DNA from: Lama guanicoe
Lineage: Eukaryota
Direction of reading: 5' to 3'
Assembly: GCA_013239625.1 (NCBI GenBank)
Contig: MU053379.1
Coordinates: forward strand, 4,111,229 to 4,175,228
DNA length: 64,000 nucleotides
The notes beneath the pieces were generated by a model. The model saw only the letters and a list, made by a program, of their open reading frames with translations, was not told the DNA's origin and did no database searches. Of the stretch, positions 61,412 to 64,000 are shown piece by piece (within the stretch, counting starts at the first letter, position 1; each line of letters opens with the position of its first letter). Both the position numbers and the translations under genes were made by a program.

Positions 61412-63844
61412 AGGGGGCGCTGCGCCTGGAGACTCTGCTCTGACACCCCCTGCCCCCTCCTGCATGCCCCCAGATCTATGCTTGGTATATTTTTTCCTGC
61501 ATATTCCTCAGTTTTAAATGATATTCAAAGTCACAGTATCAAGTTCATCACAGCTTTCTAGAAGAGAGGTTATCCTGCTTGCACTGACACATCCCAAATC
61601 AAAAACTAGGCAAATAAGAACAAAAGCCACATGGAAAGAGGAACCACATCCCGCTGGGACACACGTGCTGGGGAGGCCCCGTGTCCGGCTCTGGCAGCGA
61701 GAAGCCTTTTGAAAGGCTGGCTCCCCCTGTCTGTTTGTCCCGGGAGAGTATTTTCTTCCCTGTATCCTGTTGGGACCAATCTTGAGCACATGAGGAGAGT
61801 CATCAAGAAAAGCAGGTGGAATTTAAGCAGATTCAGGGATGCGCTCAGCTCAGGTAAGGAGGGGAGGGAGGCCAGACGTGTGACTGCCTCAGACACGGGT
61901 TTACAGAGGTGAGCGGGGTGGAGGGTGCCCCGTGGAGACCCTGTGTCCTTGGAAAGCTCGACAGGGGAGACTCGGGGTTACTGAGAGTCAAAACTGTTCA
62001 TATTTGCAGAGCTCTCAGTGGTGCCGAGAATGACTCTGCAAACTAGACCCTTAATTCTCAGAGCCCCTGGCGCTCCATGCCGCAGCGGAGCATCACCTCC
62101 ACCCGACCGACCCAGACAGCAGGACTCCCGGGGTTGCTGACCGCTCCCGACACGCAGCCGCCGCGGCGCGGGCCTTGGGGCCGCAGGACAGCTGGACGGC
62201 CCGGCCCCACGAGAACGCGCCCCGCGGCCCTGGCCCAGCTTCTCCCGCAGTCGGTGCACACGTGCCGGCGCCCCGCGGTGCGGGCTGGCGGACTCCCGGG
62301 AGTGGGGCCGAGAACTCGACTGTGTTTCAGAGAGCGACGCTCTCTCCAAGAACATGGGAACCTGTACTGGTTGTTTTTCTCGTCTGTTCTGCAGAAGAGA
62401 AGCTGCTCTTTGACCAAGCGGGAGGGTGTCCCAGGCAAGGCGCCTGGAGGCGTCTGCAAACCAAAGAGGACTAGCGGGTCACTGGCCACACAGGGGGAGT
62501 CACAGCCTCGGCCACTCGCTGGCGGGAGTCCTGGTTTTGCAGGCAGGTGACACCGGCAGGGGACCCTGGGAGGACCTACAGGAAACACCTGCCAGCTGAG
62601 GGCCCCCGCCGCTCCCCTCCCCTGGCTGTTCCCTCAGCTGCAGGGATTGGCCGATGGCGAGGCCCCGCAGCCTTGCCCGTGCTCAGCGCGGGGGCTCGGC
62701 GCAGTGCTGACTCCTCGGACGGGCGCCTCGCGCAGCTGCCTTGCCCACGTGGCCCCTTGTCCTCACTAGGAACGTGGGCGGTGTGTGTGGGGACGAGAGA
62801 CGGCCGAGCTTCCCGGGCGCACCTGCCTCAGATGGTGTTTACAGACCTCCTGGTCCCCGACCTCTCTGGGCACCAGGAGCCCTCTGTGTGCTCAGCAGAC
62901 GTTTTGCCAAAGCTGTTTTCACAGAGAAAGCTTTTTTCTTTCCTTTTTTTCTGTGTCAAGGACCCCACACAGCTGTCTAGTGAGCTGCTTGCCGCTACGA
63001 ACCCGTTTCCTCCGCAAACAAGAGCCTGCAACTCTCACTGCCCCGGACCTGATCCCCCCGCCAGTGCCCTTCCCTGGCCTCGTCACTTGCGGAACGTGTC
63101 CCCGGGACGCTCCCAGAGCACGTTTCTCCCGGTACGGGGGCTCTGCCTTCCCCTCCACACAGTGATCCTGGAGCCTGAAAGAGTCATCTCGGCCTTCAAA
63201 GAAAACCAAGAAGAATTCTAGGAAACGTGACTCACCTCCGTGTAACCTCTCTCTCCCACCCTGTATTGGTCTTTTCTACCCGCAGGCCCTCTGCCCACCT
63301 CTGAGACCTGTGTGCAAATGTTTCCTCTGTGACCAGAGAGGTCGGCGATGCACAAGGGCACGGGGTACCGAGAGAGGGACTTCGTCAGGGAAGAGGTCGG
63401 GAAGGACACAGAGACGATGCTGACAGACCCAAGCCCACAGCGCCTCCTACGCCAACCTCAGGAGGGCCGCCGTTCCCCTCCTGCGCCATGGACAAGCCTT
63501 CCCGCCGCCCCCGGGAGCCCTGCTCCCTCTCTCCTGCACGAGGCATCGCACTCACCCTGGGCCCTGACTCCCCTCTTGGGGGCAGTCAGCCCAGGAGGCT
63601 GGGCTGTAGGTTGGGCTGGACATCGTACTCAGCCCAGGGGAGCTTTCTTCTGCTTTCATGGACGCTGTCATTGGCCTATTTGCAAAGAGCGGTATCAGAA
63701 AACTATGGACAAGATGACAGGGCTCCATTCTCAAGCCTGGAAAGCCGCCTTCCAGCCCCGCTCCACAAGCGGGGTGAGTGTGGCTGCTTTGGGATAAAGT
63801 GGACAGAGCGTGACTGTCGCTGCCGCCCTTTGACCTGGTGAAAT

Positions 63845-63940
63845 GGACAGGATGCTGGACTTGGAAGGAAGGCACCTGGTCTGAGCTCCAGCTCTGCCAG
63901 TGGCCAGTGTCTTGGGGAGGTCACTGACCTCTTCTCTTCA
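63845..63940 (+). mobile_element. MIR fragment
   Basis: cctggtctgagctccagctctgcca...cttggggaggtcactgacctct. Confidence 0.5.
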
Positions 63941-64000
63941 CTCAAAAAGAACAGGCATAACCACGCCAGCGCCGCCCACGCCGCCCACGCGTCTTAGCCA

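Noticed and set aside
62050..62830. CpG-rich patches as promoters (also about 4650-5720, 8380-8760, 18700-19250, 22140-22810, 48130-48420)
   Set aside because: No linked exon or distinctive core motif. CpG gain also appears inside old repeats here, so GC-biased substitution explains them equally well.

Overview
GC-rich mammalian genomic DNA, very likely from a camelid (alpaca, llama or camel), because it carries two tRNA-derived SINEs matching the camelid vic-1 family. I found no recognisable protein-coding exon, RNA gene or CRISPR array. The ORF track is mostly GC-rich noise; only LINE-1 ORF2 remnants are recognisable. The window looks like intergenic or long intronic sequence. It holds many interspersed repeats (L1, L2, MIR, MaLR/ERVL LTRs, Tigger/hAT DNA transposons), several nested insertions, microsatellites, a 51-bp minisatellite, one 129-N gap and several candidate cis-regulatory modules. 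Most notable are: (1) an L1 at 45588-47088 with an apparent target-site duplication, in which about 300 bp is replaced by about 880 bp of older genomic DNA; (2) strong local AT-to-GC drift of repeats, suggesting GC-biased gene conversion; (3) a perfect HNF1 palindrome with CCAAT and GC boxes at 58.3 kb; (4) a 20-bp ARE+XRE-core sequence duplicated 799 bp apart. Repeat family names come from recalled consensus sequences compared by eye and need Dfam/RepeatMasker confirmation. Motif calls are sequence matches only. I cannot support a novel protein-coding system here.
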